Assembly (NCBI GenBank): GCA_964016885.1
Contig: OZ024754.1
Span: 39,742,001-39,806,000 of the forward strand
Direction: 5' to 3'
Length of the DNA stretch: 64,000 nt
Origin: Eledone cirrhosa
Taxonomy: Eukaryota
Position numbers and translations under genes: made by a program. Position 1 is the stretch's first letter. The number at the start of each line of letters is the position of its first letter. The notes below the pieces were generated by a model. The model was not told the origin of the DNA. It was given only the letters and a program-made list of their open reading frames with translations, and did not search any database. Positions 37,447-51,244 of this stretch are shown one piece after another.

Positions 37447-38685
37447 TGTGGAGTATGTTTATGTAAAGCAATTTTGTTTTTAATTACTATTTAAGTTTCA
37501 CAGGACTAGGATCTTTCAGATAGTTTTATTTTCGTTATTTTAAACCAGTTTTTTTTTATATATTCAGATGGACTCTTTCATCTATGTGGTAGCTATGAGT
37601 TTTCTTGGCTACTTTCTAAATATTACTTTATGATACTATTTTATTGGATTGTTCTTCTATTGTTGTTGTTTGTTGAATCCCGCCAAGGTTAGCTTTCCCT
37701 TTCATCCTTACGGGGTTGATAAAATATAGCACCAGTAATATACTGGGGTAATTGCTTGTTTTGTGCCTAAAGTAAAAACAATTATTAATAAACGAAAAGA
37801 TGGCAATAATTACAAAAGCACCAACTTAACGAAATAATATTTAGAAATTAGCCAGACATAACTCTGTGGTTAACAAGTTTACTTGACAACCATGTAGTTT
37901 TCAGTTCTATCTCATTGTCTGACACCTTGGACAAGTGTTTTCTACTAAAACTTCAAGCTCTCCAATCTTTATAAATGAATTTAGTTGACAGAAATCGTAC
38001 AAAACATTTTGTATGTATGTATGTATGTATGTATGTATGTATGTATGTATGTATGTATGTGTGTATATGTGAATAAGTATATATGTGTGCATGTCTTGTA
38101 TTTTCACATTTGATATTGTCAGTGCAGGCATCAATAGTTGTTTACATCCCACATAAACAGAAGTCCTGCAGCTTAACATAGGTGAAGATCTATACGTTAC
38201 GCTGAAACCTAGCAATGGTTGACATCAGAAGAGTGACCCATAGATTTTTGCTTCAAAGAAGTCTTGTACAATCTATGTTAACATGATAAAAAATGGACCT
38301 AAAAACGATAATGATAGCTTCACACAGAAGAATGGGCCTGTTATATATATATATAAGAGGCCCATTCTTCTGTGTGAAGCTTTCACTTTCAAAAAATCTC
38401 AATGTCAAATCTTGTTTTGTTCTTTATATATATATATATATATTATATATATATATATATTATAAATATAAAGAAAAAAACAAGATTTGACATTGAGATT
38501 TTTTTCGATTAGGCTCAGAGTTATGTATGTTTCACAGATGGGTGGCTCAGGGTCCATGTTAAAGGTATAAACTAACTCCAGCCCTAATCTGCTTATTAGA
38601 CTTGTTAATCAAGCAAAACCAAAATCCCATCTGTGAATCATTCATAACTGCACCTAATCAATAAAAACCTCAATGGGAAACCTTA

Positions 38686-38862
38686 TACAGGTAAAATTCC
38701 GTTATAAACGAATACCATTGTAACAAATTTTTCACTATAGCAACATTTTTTTCAATTCCTGGCCACATTCTTGATGTGTAGGTCAATCTCGTTATAAAGA
38801 ATTTTTTGTTACAACAAATTTTTTTTTTTATGTGAATTTCTTTATAACGGAATTTCATGGTA
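38686..38862. mobile_element. Tigger/pogo-like MITE
   Basis: TA-CAGGTAAAATTCCGTTATAAA...TTTATAACGGAATTTCATGG-TA. Confidence 0.7.
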
Positions 38863-39139
38863 TATATATATATATATAAGCAGAATTTTGGTTGATCACT
38901 GATTGAATTATGAAGTTTCCTGGGAAGGTTTTGTCACACATCATAGGGCATATGAATTATTTCAATATTCTAAAATAATTCTTATATGGAATTTAGTAAT
39001 TTACTGAGTTACAACCCCAAATCGCCATTTCTCCACACACACATACACCTCACCTTTTGTTTATTCTGCATTCTTATACATAAAGTTTTCAGGTAGTTAA
39101 CAAACCATTCATAAATTATTAGTATCATTATTTTTGTTT

Positions 39140-39940
39140 AGGGTGGTGGCTTGCCAGAACTGATATAGACCAAATGTTTCACATTATTATTTCTGTGTGT
39201 GGATTGGCAGGGTCGGTAGAGGGTCGGACGCCATGCTTTGCAGCAACGAGTTACGGCCCTTTACGGTCTGAGTTCAAATCCCGCTGAGGTTAACTTTGCC
39301 TTTCATCCTTACGGGGTCGATAAAATAAAGCACCAGTAATACACTGGGGTAATTGCTGTCCTTGTGCCAAAAGTAGAAACAATTATTATTTCCGTGTGTG
39401 ATTTGAGGGTGGAGCATTGGACAACATGTTGTGTGGCATTTAGTTACGTCCCTTTTCGTACTCAGTTCAGATCCCGCCAAGGTTAACTTTGCCTTTCATC
39501 CTTTCGGGGTCGATAAAATAAAGTACCAGTCACACACTGGGGTTGATTTAATTGACTTTCCCCTTCCCTCAAAATTGTCGACCCTCTGCCTAAATCATAA
39601 ATCATTTATTATTTCCGATTGGTAGAGCGTCAGACACCATGCTTTGCAACATGGAGTTATGGCCCTTTACGTTCCGAGTTTAAATCCCGCTGAGGTTAAC
39701 TTAGCCTTTCATCCTTATAGGGTCGATAAAATAAAGAACCAGTAATGCACTGGGGTAATTGCTGGCCTTGTGCAAAAAGTAGAAACAATTATTATTTCCG
39801 ATTCTTTACATTTTGTGTTTAAATCCTGCTGAGGTCAACTTTACTTTTTATCCTTCTGGGGAGCAAGTACTGGGGTTGATATAATCGATTTTCCTTATCC
39901 TCAAAATTGCTGGCCTTGTGCTTAAATTAGAAACCATTTT
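39140..39940 (+). mobile_element. Tandem cluster of SINE family 1 (about 4 copies)
   Basis: Repeated B-box, core and tail in the same orientation. Confidence 0.88.
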
Positions 39941-40904
39941 TATGTTCATATGGTCATCTTATTTATTTTATTTTATTTTTTTTTGTCACTAAAAATGCAA
40001 TTGTCATCCAAAAAAATACATTAAAAATATTTGTCTTTCTGCTGGCAGATTGGCACTGGATACCCCCACCCTTTTCTTTTTAAATGGATGGTGCATTTCA
40101 CTGTTTTGACTCCAATAAATTTAGTTTATATTCTAATGTTAAGGATTTCATTTACTTATTTTTATTTTTATTTTGTTTGAACATTTTTGTTTTCTTCTGT
40201 CATTCTTAATGTTGTGGATTGGCAGTATCGGTAGAGGGTCGGGCGCCATGCTTTGCAGCATAGAGTTACGGCCCTTTATGATCTGAGTTCAAATTCCGCC
40301 GAGGTTAACTTTGCGTTTCATCCTTACGGGGTCGATAAAATAAAGTACCAGTAATGCACTGGGGTAATTGCTGGCCTTGTGCCAAAACTAGAAACAATTA
40401 TTAATGTTTTTTTTTTATGGTGTGGATTGGCAGTATCGGTAGAGTGTCGAACAACATGCTTTGTGGCATAGGGTTATGGCCCTTTACGTTCTGAGTTCAA
40501 ATCTCACCGAGGTTAGCTTTGCCTTTCATTCTATTTAATAAAGAAAACATCATTATTGTATTTACCTAATTGCCAATGTTGGAAGGGGAGATAATCTACG
40601 TTTTAAAATATGAACCGTTCATTCAACCAAACGTGTTACTACTTTCCCACGATAAAGCAAACTAACAAAAAACACATTATAGTTTGCTGGGTTTTTTTGT
40701 TTTTTTTTTTGTTTTCTTTAAGCTTTCGTTTTAGAAAACTGTAGTTTTGAAAATGGTGAACTAAAGGGCGTATAGCTTTTGTTTTGATTTTATCTATATG
40801 AGGTCATAAAATGTAATGGTTGTTTAATTTCAACGTATCACTCTATTCTGCATACTTCCTATACTCTAGAAATATTTCTTATGGTGCTTCATGCTTCTCC
40901 CTGC

Positions 40905-40935
<31 letters not shown>

Positions 40936-41113
40936 GTGTGTGTGTGTAACAATAATAACATAAGATTGGAAGTGATTTAATTGACCCTATATTTCGGATT
41001 TCACATCCATCCTTGGAAAACTCCCAGTTGATGGATGCGAAATCCGAAATAAAGGGACAATTAAATCACTTCCAAGGTGTTATTATTTTTACACTCTTTC
41101 CTACGTTCCTCTA

Positions 41114-41159
<46 letters not shown>

Positions 41160-41516
41160 CTATCTCTATCTTCAACACGACTTATATTCATTATAAATCC
41201 CCAGTCTTTTTCAAATGAGGTTATGAGGTTATTTTTAGCAATTTTTTTTTTTTCAAAATCAATAAAATAGTTCTCATTTAGAAGAATTGGTTAATTTGAA
41301 GATAAAAGTCTCTCTACTTAGTGATTGATAGCATTTATTTGGGTTGTAAATATCACTGTTTTGTGTTGGACAAGAAATTATGAAGAAAATCTATCCTATC
41401 AACTATATTCTAAGGTAGTGTCTCCTATATTTTCTTTTTATTTTTTCGTTCTATAAAAAGGAAAGAATGATTCAGTATCTGTTTCTCTGTTTCATCAATA
41501 CTGATCTCTTACCCAT

Positions 41517-41564
<48 letters not shown>

Positions 41565-42186
41565 TGACCCAGTGGTTAGATCTGTTGGACACATAATTGT
41601 GAGGTTGTGACTTCAATTCTTGAACTGAGATTCACATATTGTGTCCTTGAGCAAGATATTTAATTTCACATTGCTCCAGTCTACTCAACTAAAAAGAAAT
41701 AAGTACTAACTGCAGAAACAACTGGGAAGTTAAACTTGTGATGGACTATCATCCTGTCCAGAAGAATAATCTATTCTCAGTTGCTTAAGACTAATGGCAA
41801 CCAGGTTAAGTTCTAGCATGTTGAACCTCTAGGTTCGGGACAAATGTTAACTTAACCCTTTAGCATTTACATTGCTCTATATTTACTATTGTATTTTCAT
41901 GGTAAAGGCTTTACCTCAACATAATATTGAATCTATAACATTTTGAGAACAATAACTTAACATCAGTTTGAGCAGCCAGTTACAACCGGTTTGGACAGAA
42001 AGAGTGAGAGAATTCTGGCCGGATTGGATGCTAAAGGGTTAATGTTAACTAACATTGTGTATGTAGCAAATCTGATTATTTTTCTGTTTATACGCTAAAA
42101 TTAAAATCACAATAATTTCACATTTTAAAGGGGTTTGGGAGTTGGTTATTTTTCCATGTCTCCATGATATTATCAACTCCGATCTC

Positions 42187-42436
42187 TCCATTTGTTACCA
42201 TATTTCTAATGAAAGACACTCCCTATAATTTCAAATCATTTTGAAAATAATCAACTATTTGGTGGGATTTAGTTATATAAATATCTTATTATATATCTGG
42301 AGTTTTCAACATAACAAAGGCTTTTATATAAAATTATGATGAAAAGTTTTGAGATAAATGTAAACACTTTAAAATAAACAGCTTTGTAATGTTGGACCAG
42401 AGTCTGTTTTAGACAGTTTGGTATCAAAAGGGTTGA
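42187..42436 (+). mobile_element. TTAA-type MITE family B
   Basis: CCATTT GTTACCATATTTCT...TTCAAATCATTTTGAAAATAATCAA...GGTATCAAAAGGGTT. Related copies at 9634-10099, 12060-12330, 12564-13541, 13542-13760, 28260-28403, 29360-29906. Confidence 0.7.
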
Positions 42437-43849
42437 GTTTATCTCTTTAGCATTTAAACTGGTCATATCCAGCCAGAATTCACTCACCTTTTTCTGTTCA
42501 AACCAGCTGTAACTGGCTGCTCATACTGATGTTAAGGTATTGTTCTCAAAATAAATAATATCAAAATCTCATACATTCAATAATACTAGAGGTTTCTGGA
42601 TCACAGACGATAATAATAAGTGAATAGATTCAATATGTGACGTAAAGCCTTTACCATGAAAATATAGTATATATAGAATAATGTAAATGCTAAAGGGTTA
42701 ATGTCATAAAATTGAATAGATAAGAATTAGGATATTTAACTATTTCATTGTGAATTTACAATATAATGAATTAGGATTAGGAGTCTTCTATATTTAAATA
42801 CTTGCTGTCCTGCCATCTATGAAATGTTCTCATTAGAAGAATTACATCTCATTAGCAGTCAAAAATAGATGTGACCTAGTATATTTTTTTAAAATCCAGA
42901 CATATATGTTATGTAGACACAACAATATATCTTGGTGAAAGTATATCATGTAGATATTTCCTAATGAGTGAAAACATCTGGCCTAGTGGTTCAGGTTTTT
43001 GACTTGTGATCATAATAATATGGATTTGATTTCTGGACTGTGTTTGTGCAGTGTGTTGTTGAGCGAAACACTTCATTTCAAGTTGTTCTAGTATACTCAG
43101 CGCTGAAGATCAGCACCAATTGTAGTTGGAGTTAGCCCTGCCATAGACTGGCATCCCGTCCTGTAAGGGTGGGGGAAAGAAGTATTGTACTCTCAGGAAA
43201 CTAGAGTAAGTATCGGCTTCTTGAGCCTCCAAGTTTGGGAAAAGAAAAAAAATAGGAAAAACATTTCCTACTGCTTTCTCTTTTAAACAATGGGAAGCAA
43301 TATTTTTATGGGCAGAACATAGGATTCCTACAAAGAAAATTACTTATGAACTCATCTGAGAAAATTTAACCACAAACCATGTTGCTTACTTGCTCGCTAA
43401 CATTGATTGCTAATGAAAATAGTTTGGTAACCATAATTATTTATTACAAACGAATACATTATTTTTGCCAGTTTGTTAGTGAATGTAGCTTTACACAGTA
43501 GCTATTTTGTTATTTAAGTAACAGTTTGTTTTAAAATAGTACAACCTACTGCATGGGTTGCAGTCATTTGTAGATTTACCTGTTATTTTGGATAAGTAGT
43601 TAAATGATAAAAATAGTTTAATTTATTTAAAGCAAAATTGATGTAAATGTTTGCTTGTAGGTTCTTAAATTATATTTTATATAATTTTCTTAAACAGCCA
43701 CTTTTCTTAAATATATTTTCCAATTCAACAAACCCATAACACTGTCTCTTTCTCCCTATATATATATTATTATTATTATTATTATCATTAAGGCAGTGGA
43801 TTGGCAGTATCGGTAGAGGGTCGAACATGGTCACCTGTATATATGTGTT

Positions 43850-43915
<66 letters not shown>

Positions 43916-46533
43916 TATATACATATATATAGGTGACCATGTCTTGCTCATACAGAACTGTTTCTGGGTTGATTTCTACAGCTGGATGCCCTTCCTAATG
44001 CCAACTGCTCTTCCTAGACAAAATCAGGAGAGCACTGAACAAAATACTTTGCAATATTTAGTTATATTCAAAGTTCAAATCTTATTAAGGTCAAGTTTCA
44101 GGGTGAATAAAATAAGTACATGTCAAGAAGTGGGTTTGATGTGGTTGATTGTATTCGTTTTCATAAATGTCTGTGGCCTTGTATCTGTGTTAGAGATCAT
44201 CATTATACTGGCTATAATAAACTACCATTTTCTCCCTTTCTCTGTTTCATTGTACATATTGAAAACATCAGGCACCTTTTTTGTTTGTATTTTGTTTAAA
44301 CTCTACCAGGAGTTGTAACTGACAGATAATATCCAACAGATCAATAGCAACATAGTTTCTTTGGTCTGGTCTGCTGATCAGTTCCTTTCTTCTGCCAGGA
44401 GTTGCAACTAACAGATAATACCAGCAAATTCTTGGTCTGATTTGATGATCAGCTCCTTTCTTTCCCCCCTTTTTTTTTCTTTTCCCTCTTTTTTTTTTGT
44501 GTTGTTTAAAAAAAAATCGAAATTCAAGAATTATATTTTTTTGATACTGGAAACAGTAATTTGATACTCATTTTTGAAAAAATTGAAAAAAATTTTAAAA
44601 TGGCCATGAGATTTATATTGAGATTAACAAATATTTTGCTCAAAAAAATGTTGTTCATTTGCACTTCATTATTAGTTTTTTTTTCTTTATCCTCTATGCA
44701 GTGGCTTGCTTTATATCCCTGCAGTTGAAATGTAATTATATTCATTATAATATCTTCAATTAGTTCTTTAATTAGGTGACATTAACAATAGAATTTTTAA
44801 ATCTTTCTTCCATAAATATATAATTTATCGGAATTTTATACTGAAAGAAGCCAGTAGTTAGTAATATATTTCTAAAATTATCCCTAGTAGTATTTATCAA
44901 AAATACTAGCTGTTACAAATAGTAAATTGTAGTAAATCTTTGTACAGTTTTTTTTCCTTAAGTATTTCAGTTTTGGTTTTTATATGAATGAATTGTATAA
45001 TATGAATTTAAATATTCAATTGAATCATAATTTTAGTAAAAGTAAATCATTTATTTCTAAAAGATTTTCATAGCTATATTTTTGTAAGCCTTAGTAAACA
45101 AACGTTCAATTCTTATTTATGTTAAACCAAAATTTGAGTAACCTTCATACAAGAGTTACTATATCATGTGTCTTAGAGGGCATATGAAGGCTATGGGCAT
45201 TGCCTATTCTTCAGACTTATCAAATATAAAAAAAATATGTGGTATATATATTAAAGAAATATTACATATATTTTCTTAATTAAGCTGTTATTTCATTTTA
45301 TTATTTAAATAATTAAATTCAGTGGATTGGTAGTCATTTGGGAGTGGGACAAATGCTGAGCAGTATTTGTTCTAGCTCATTACATTCTAAGCTCAAATCT
45401 CTGCAAGAATAGCTTTGCCTTTCATCCTTACGGAGATGATAAAATAAAGTACCAGTAATACACTGGGGTTGATATAATCGCTTCTCCTCTTCCCTTCAAA
45501 TTGCTGGCCTTGTGCCAAAAGTAGAAACAATTATTTAGATATTCAGTATCAGGTTATAATTTTAAAATGTTTCCAACAAGTGACCTCAGTTTACTAAGTT
45601 ACTCTTTTGTAATGGTTTATGATTATTTCAAATTTAAATTTTGCTTAATTTTTTTAAACTGTTAAAAAAAAAGGCAAACTAAATAGATATCTAAATTATA
45701 TAACTTGAGGAAAGAAGGACATTTTTATTCATTAATATAACACTTTAAACTGAGAGAGAGGCCTGAGTAGAGCAGGGTTTTGTTCAAATCCCACCCAGGT
45801 CTACTTTGCCTTTCATCCTTCTCATGTCGATAAAATGAAGTACCAGTCAAGTACTGGGATTGATTCAATTGACTTCCTTCTCCCCTCCCCACAAATTGCT
45901 GGCCTTGTGCCTAAAGTAGAAACAATTATTATTTGATAGGTGAATCTCATTAATCAACGGCTTGCTTTTTAAGACTGGAATTTTATTATGATGGAATTAT
46001 TCACAGCGTTATTTCTAAGCACCAATTTCAGACAATGAAGTGTGTGTTGCAATACACATGTAAGGTTTGCCTGAATGAATGGACAGGTGTTGACCAAAAT
46101 TGTGCCATTGTGGTCATCTGAAGCTCTTATCTTTTTTTCCTACCCATCACTAACTTCTTTAGTAAAAAAAAAAAAAAAGTAACACGAAAGGAATGAACAT
46201 TGAATGATACATTTTCATAATTTAAACCAAAACCATATTTAATTATCAACCAGAGGGAAAAAACGTGGGGTTGGGGGAATCTATCTGTTACCACGTGTTG
46301 TGAAAAAAAACCTATAAAAATAATTTTAAAAATTTCCAATGAGACCAAGCCAAAAAAGTTGTCCAGGTCAACATTGAATTATTTGTATATAATTCTCCCT
46401 CATTTTATTTATTTTAAATTTACATTTAAAGTTTCATGTGCACTTTTTTTTTTCTATAAAAAAGATTAATAAAAAATTAAATTTACAAATCTACTGAAGT
46501 TTTTTGTTTTTCTATTACAAATCATTAGATATC

Positions 46534-46925
46534 TATATTATGTAGGTCTGTCTTTGTATATAATATATTTGTTCTTGTATATAATATTTTGTCCTGATAT
46601 TGTGTAGGTCTGTCCTTGTATATAATATTTTTGTCTTGATATTGTGTAGGTATGTCCTTGTATATAATATTTTTGTCTTGATATTATGTAGTTCTGTCTT
46701 TGTATATAATATATTTGTTCTTGTATTTAATATTTTGTCCTGATATTGTGTAGGTCTGTCTTTGTATATAATATTTTTGTCCTTGTATATATTATATAGG
46801 TCTGTTCTAATATATAATGTATTTGTTCTTGTATATAATAGTTTTGTCCTGATATTTTGTAGGTGTGTCCTTGTATATAATAATTTTGTTTTGATATTGT
46901 GTTGGTCTGTCCTTGTATCTAACAT
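46534..46925. repeat. Degenerate minisatellite with about 21/42-bp units
   Basis: Recurring TATTGTGTAGGTCTGTCCTTGTATATAATATTTTTGTCYTGA. Confidence 0.85.
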
Positions 46926-47863
46926 TTTTTTGTATGTTTGAGGGCTGATCTCAAATTGCGGAAGTTCCCAGAGGAAATGATGAAGGACTGCAATAAGTGA
47001 AGGGAGGCTGTGCTGATAAAGATCCAGCCAACCTATGCAAGCATAGAAACGTGGACATACTATTCACTTCCCTGACATTTGTATATTATTCTATGTACTA
47101 TACATGCACCTTTGACGAGTTGAAGTGCACCTGAGCACTATACGCAATAATTTCATTATTATTATTATAAAATGATGATGATGATAATATGTGTGTGAAG
47201 ACTTGAGGCTTAGCAGTTAGGCTGTTCGGCTCATGATCAAAAGGTTGTGAATTCAGTTCCTAGTGGCATAATGTCCTTGAACAAGACACTTTATATCACA
47301 TTACTCCTGTCTACTCAGCTGGAACAAATGAGTTGTGGCTGTAATTCAAATGGCTAAATTTGTCACACATGGTCCCATGCTGAATCACTCTAAGAACTAT
47401 GTTAAGGGTACATAGTACATATGTCTGTGGAATACTCAGCCATGTGAATGTTAATTTCATGAGCAGACTGTTCCCGGATCCCCCATCATTGAAATCAATG
47501 TAGGTACAATCAATGTGTGTGTATGTGTGAATATATCTATACACACAGCAGTAATTTGAAGTGTAGAAACTATGTAGAGAAATAAAGTGAGCAACGAGGA
47601 CAGAAATTAATCAAGCATACAGGTAGCAGTCTACCAGGACTAAGTTTTCAGTCCTCTTTCAGGCCATAACAGAGGAGTTTCAGACTGGTTGTTTGAGGGA
47701 ACTCCAGGAGAAGAATTAGAGAAGAAATTCCAGACATCTCAATATAAACCTAGCGAAGACTAACATTTTAGAAAGTAGTAAAGAAGATAGGACCCTGTTA
47801 TCACCAGGGAAAATAGCTGTGCTCAATATCTAGAATAAGAATAGGTAGAAACCCCATAAGGTA

Positions 47864-48206
47864 GACCTGTCAACTTTCTTTGTCTGATGGGGAGATCACC
47901 CATCCACTTTGGGGTGGCTGAGAGATGTCTTCTCTTGTGAAAATGGGTATAGCTTTCATTACGTAAAATCTCCCTATTTTGCCTCATTTCTCTCCGTTTT
48001 GGGGCACTTTTTTTCATGGTACTTCCCATTCTGGATTTTAGAGGTTGGCAGGTCTGCAGCATGAATTGTGACTTAGAATTTAAGAGTTCATATCTTTCCC
48101 CATTCTGCCAGGGGTAGGGTATAGCTTTCATTATGTAAAATCTTCCCGTTTTGGGGCACTTTTTTCATGATATTCCCCATTTGGGTTTTTAGAGGTTAAC
48201 AGGTCA
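47864..48206. mobile_element. MITE-like dispersed repeat with a duplicated right half
   Basis: ACCTGTCAAC...GTTGGCAGGT / GTTAACAGGT ends. A reverse-complement relative lies at about 61978-62122. Confidence 0.65.
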
Positions 48207-48572
48207 GATATGGTATAGCCTGCATATATAATGGATGCACAGGTGTAGTGGGATCACAAGTAGGTTAACAGAGAAGCATGGCATTAAAATAATTGCAAAC
48301 ATAAAATAAACTTTCTCAAATGCTTAGAAGTCCCACTAGAGGTAGCTGATAGCTTTTGTTACCTAGGTCATGTCATTGTTAGTGGATTTGGATGTACTGA
48401 AAACATAGCAGAGCGAGGACAAGGTGGAAAAAGTTGAGTGAGTTATTGTTTCTGCTGGCAACAAAGGGTTTTTCTTGCAGAGTGAAAGGCACATCATTGT
48501 ATGATGCTTCTATACAAACTGTTATGCTACATGTTAGTAAGATGGACCTTGAAAACAACACATGCTCTATTG

Positions 48573-48759
48573 CAGGCATGTCAAACATGTGGCCCTTTAT
48601 AAGCACTCCTGCGGCCCGCACAAAGGTTTTTACAGCGCGAGCATGCTTTATCTTCGTAAAATTAGTTGTAATCTGCACAATTAGTTGTTATGTGTGGCCC
48701 TCAGACAACACATATGTGACCCATGTGGCCCTCGGGGTACCCTCAGTTTGACATACCTG
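48573..48759. mobile_element. hAT (Charlie-like) MITE
   Basis: TIR CAGGCATGTCAAAC / GTTTGACATACCTG, 8-bp TSD ctctattg / ttctattg, internal GTGGCCC motifs. Confidence 0.85.
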
Positions 48760-50299
48760 TTCTATTGGATGTGTAAGACTGGTGTACATGAATGATGGAT
48801 GAAACGCAAATGAAATCAGAGAAAAAAGGTGATATTAGATGAAACAGATGTAGTATGTGTGAGAGAGAAGACAATGATGGTATGAACATGTGATGTGTAT
48901 GGAGGGTGTCAATTGTTTTAAGAAGTGCCATGGGCTTGAAGTAGATGGAACTTCTGGAAGAAGGAGACCAAGGAAGACTTGAGATGAAATCTCAAGAAGT
49001 TAAAACTGACAAAGAAAATGACCGAGGACTATGACTAATGATACACTGTATTGGAGAAGGAGAAGACCTGCTTACCAGTGTAAATATATGGAAATGTTTG
49101 TTATAATAAAGATGGTAGATACACTGTACTGGTAAAGCCCTTTTTACCAGTGTAGGCTTAAAAAAATTGTTGATCGACTTTCATCAAATCAGACTGAGGA
49201 AACAATGTTTCTGTTGGTCTTTCCAATTGCTAATACTATCTATCGGTTGCAACTCCAGATAGAAGGAGCAACGTGAAATAAAGTGTCTTGCTCAAGGGCA
49301 TAATACATCACCTGGTCCAGGAATCAAACTGACAACCTCATGTTTGCAAATCCAATTCTATAACCAATCAGTCACACACTGTCACTTGTGTAGGCTTAGG
49401 GAAGAGTCAAATATGAGCATTTATATAGACCTAGGTCCTCAAATCCTTTGAACTAAACAGCCAGGTCACAAGACTCTGGAGAGAGTCAGACATTGACCAA
49501 GGATTCAAGTTTACCGAAGATTTTTATGTAATTATTCAAGGTTTGTCATCTTGGATAGAAAGGTGGGTTTAAAAGTGAGATCAGTAATTGGGGCTCCTAG
49601 GGAGCACCAGACCAATGAGGGAGGGGAAAGATTCAGGTCTAAGTTGGCTGATGCTGGGTGGTCAATGTTGCTGAGGTAGCTGTGACATGATCACTGCTTA
49701 AAATACTCACAGCGACACATGTATGTTTATTATACATAAGCATATTGTATATACTTTTATATATGCTTCTATTGGGAGTAACTGCCAGTGCTACAAATAA
49801 TTGGATATACACATATATGTCTGTGCATGAATGATATTCTTTCTGCCTGTATATATATACACACACAGGGAAAAGCGGACGTAAAATGATGATATATATA
49901 TATATATATATAAATATATACAGACAGAAACAATATCACTCATGTACAGGCATATATATATATATATACATATGCACGTATATATATATGTATCTCAAAG
50001 GCAATGACACAGGACCGAGATCTCTGGTGTTACACAGCCCTCACTGTAAATGAGGTTGGCACTAGGAAGGACATCCAGCTGTAGAAACCAAGCCAAATCG
50101 GTTGTGTACGAGCAAGACATGGTCACCTGACCTGGCATTGCTCACAACAGGTTAACTCGTCTAACCCATTCCAGCATGAGAAAAATGGACATTAAACGGG
50201 GATAATGATATATAGTCCATACGCTAGACCTATTCCTGCATTTTATTTTTTACTAATGTCGGTCAATTGTTTTAGGTTTTAGAAGTAGGTTCGGGCATG

Positions 50300-51075
50300 T
50301 ATATACACATCACCTCCATTGTGTACTGGGGTAGTTAGTTATATAGACACACCACCTCTTCTACGTACTGGGGTAGTTAGCTATATAAACACCACCTCTA
50401 TGTACTGGGCTAGTTAGCTATATACACACCTCTTCTACGTACTGGGGGTAATTAGCTATATACACACCTCTTCTACGTACTGGGGGTAGTTAGCTATATA
50501 CACACCTCTTCTACGTACTGGGGGTAGTTAGCTATATACACACCTCTTCTACGTACTGGGGGTAATTAGCTATATACACACCTCTTCTACGTACTGGGGG
50601 TAGTTAGCTATATACACACCTCTTCTACGTACTGGGGGTAATTAGCTATATACACACCTCTTCTACGTACTGGGGGTAGTTAGCTATATACACACCTCTT
50701 CTACGTACTGGGGGTAGTTAGCTATATACACACCTCTTCTACGTACTGGGGGTAGTTAGCTATATACACACCTCTTCTACGTACTGGGGGTAGTTAGCTA
50801 TATACACACACACCACCTCTATGTACTGGGGTAGTTAGCTATACACACACCACCTCTATGTACTGGGGTAGTTAGCTATACACACACCACCTCTATGTAC
50901 TGGGGTAGTTAGCTATATACACACCACCTCTATGTACTGGGGTATTTATCTATATAGACACAGCCTCTTCTATGTACTGGGGTAGTTAGCTATATAGGCA
51001 CCACCACCACCTCGTCTATGTACTGGAGTAGTTATCTATATAAACACAGCCTACTCTATGTACTGGGGTAGGTAG
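50300..51075. repeat. About 38-bp minisatellite directly upstream of the PARP1 ATG
   Basis: Unit ACACCTCTTCTACGTACTGGGGGTAGTTAGCTATATAC, about 20 copies, with degenerate edges. Confidence 0.95.
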
Positions 51076-51085
51076 ATAAGTACAC

Positions 51086-51130
51086 AGCGCCTCCTGCTGC
51101 CCTCTCACATAACTAAACGACAAAATGGCT
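51086..51130 (+). promoter_or_regulatory. Candidate PARP1 proximal promoter: CTCF-like motif and YY1/TISU-like start context
   Basis: Minus strand GCAGCAGGAGGCGCT versus the CTCF core CCASCAGGGGGCGCT. CAAAATGGC spans the ATG. Confidence 0.4.
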
Positions 51131-51244
51131 GACCACCACGATTTACCCTATCAGGCTGAGTATGCGAAAAGTAGCCGATCAACATGCAAAGCATGCAAAA
51201 TTGGTATCAAACAAGGTAATCTGAGACTAGCTGTAATGATTCAG
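51125..51244 (+). CDS. PARP1: Poly(ADP-ribose) polymerase 1, exon 1 (ZnF1 N-half)
   Basis: Hand translation MADHHDLPYQAEYAKSSRSTCKACKIGIKQGNLRLAVMIQ (40 codons) shows the PARP-type finger EYAKSxRxxCxxC. Donor CAG|GTGTGT. Confidence 0.93.

Noticed and set aside
46533-46925. 130-aa repetitive minus-strand ORF
   Set aside because: It is the translation of a degenerate minisatellite.
48379-48931. Overlapping ORFs of about 100 aa
   Set aside because: They span a hAT MITE inserted in decayed LINE-like sequence and show no coherent protein.
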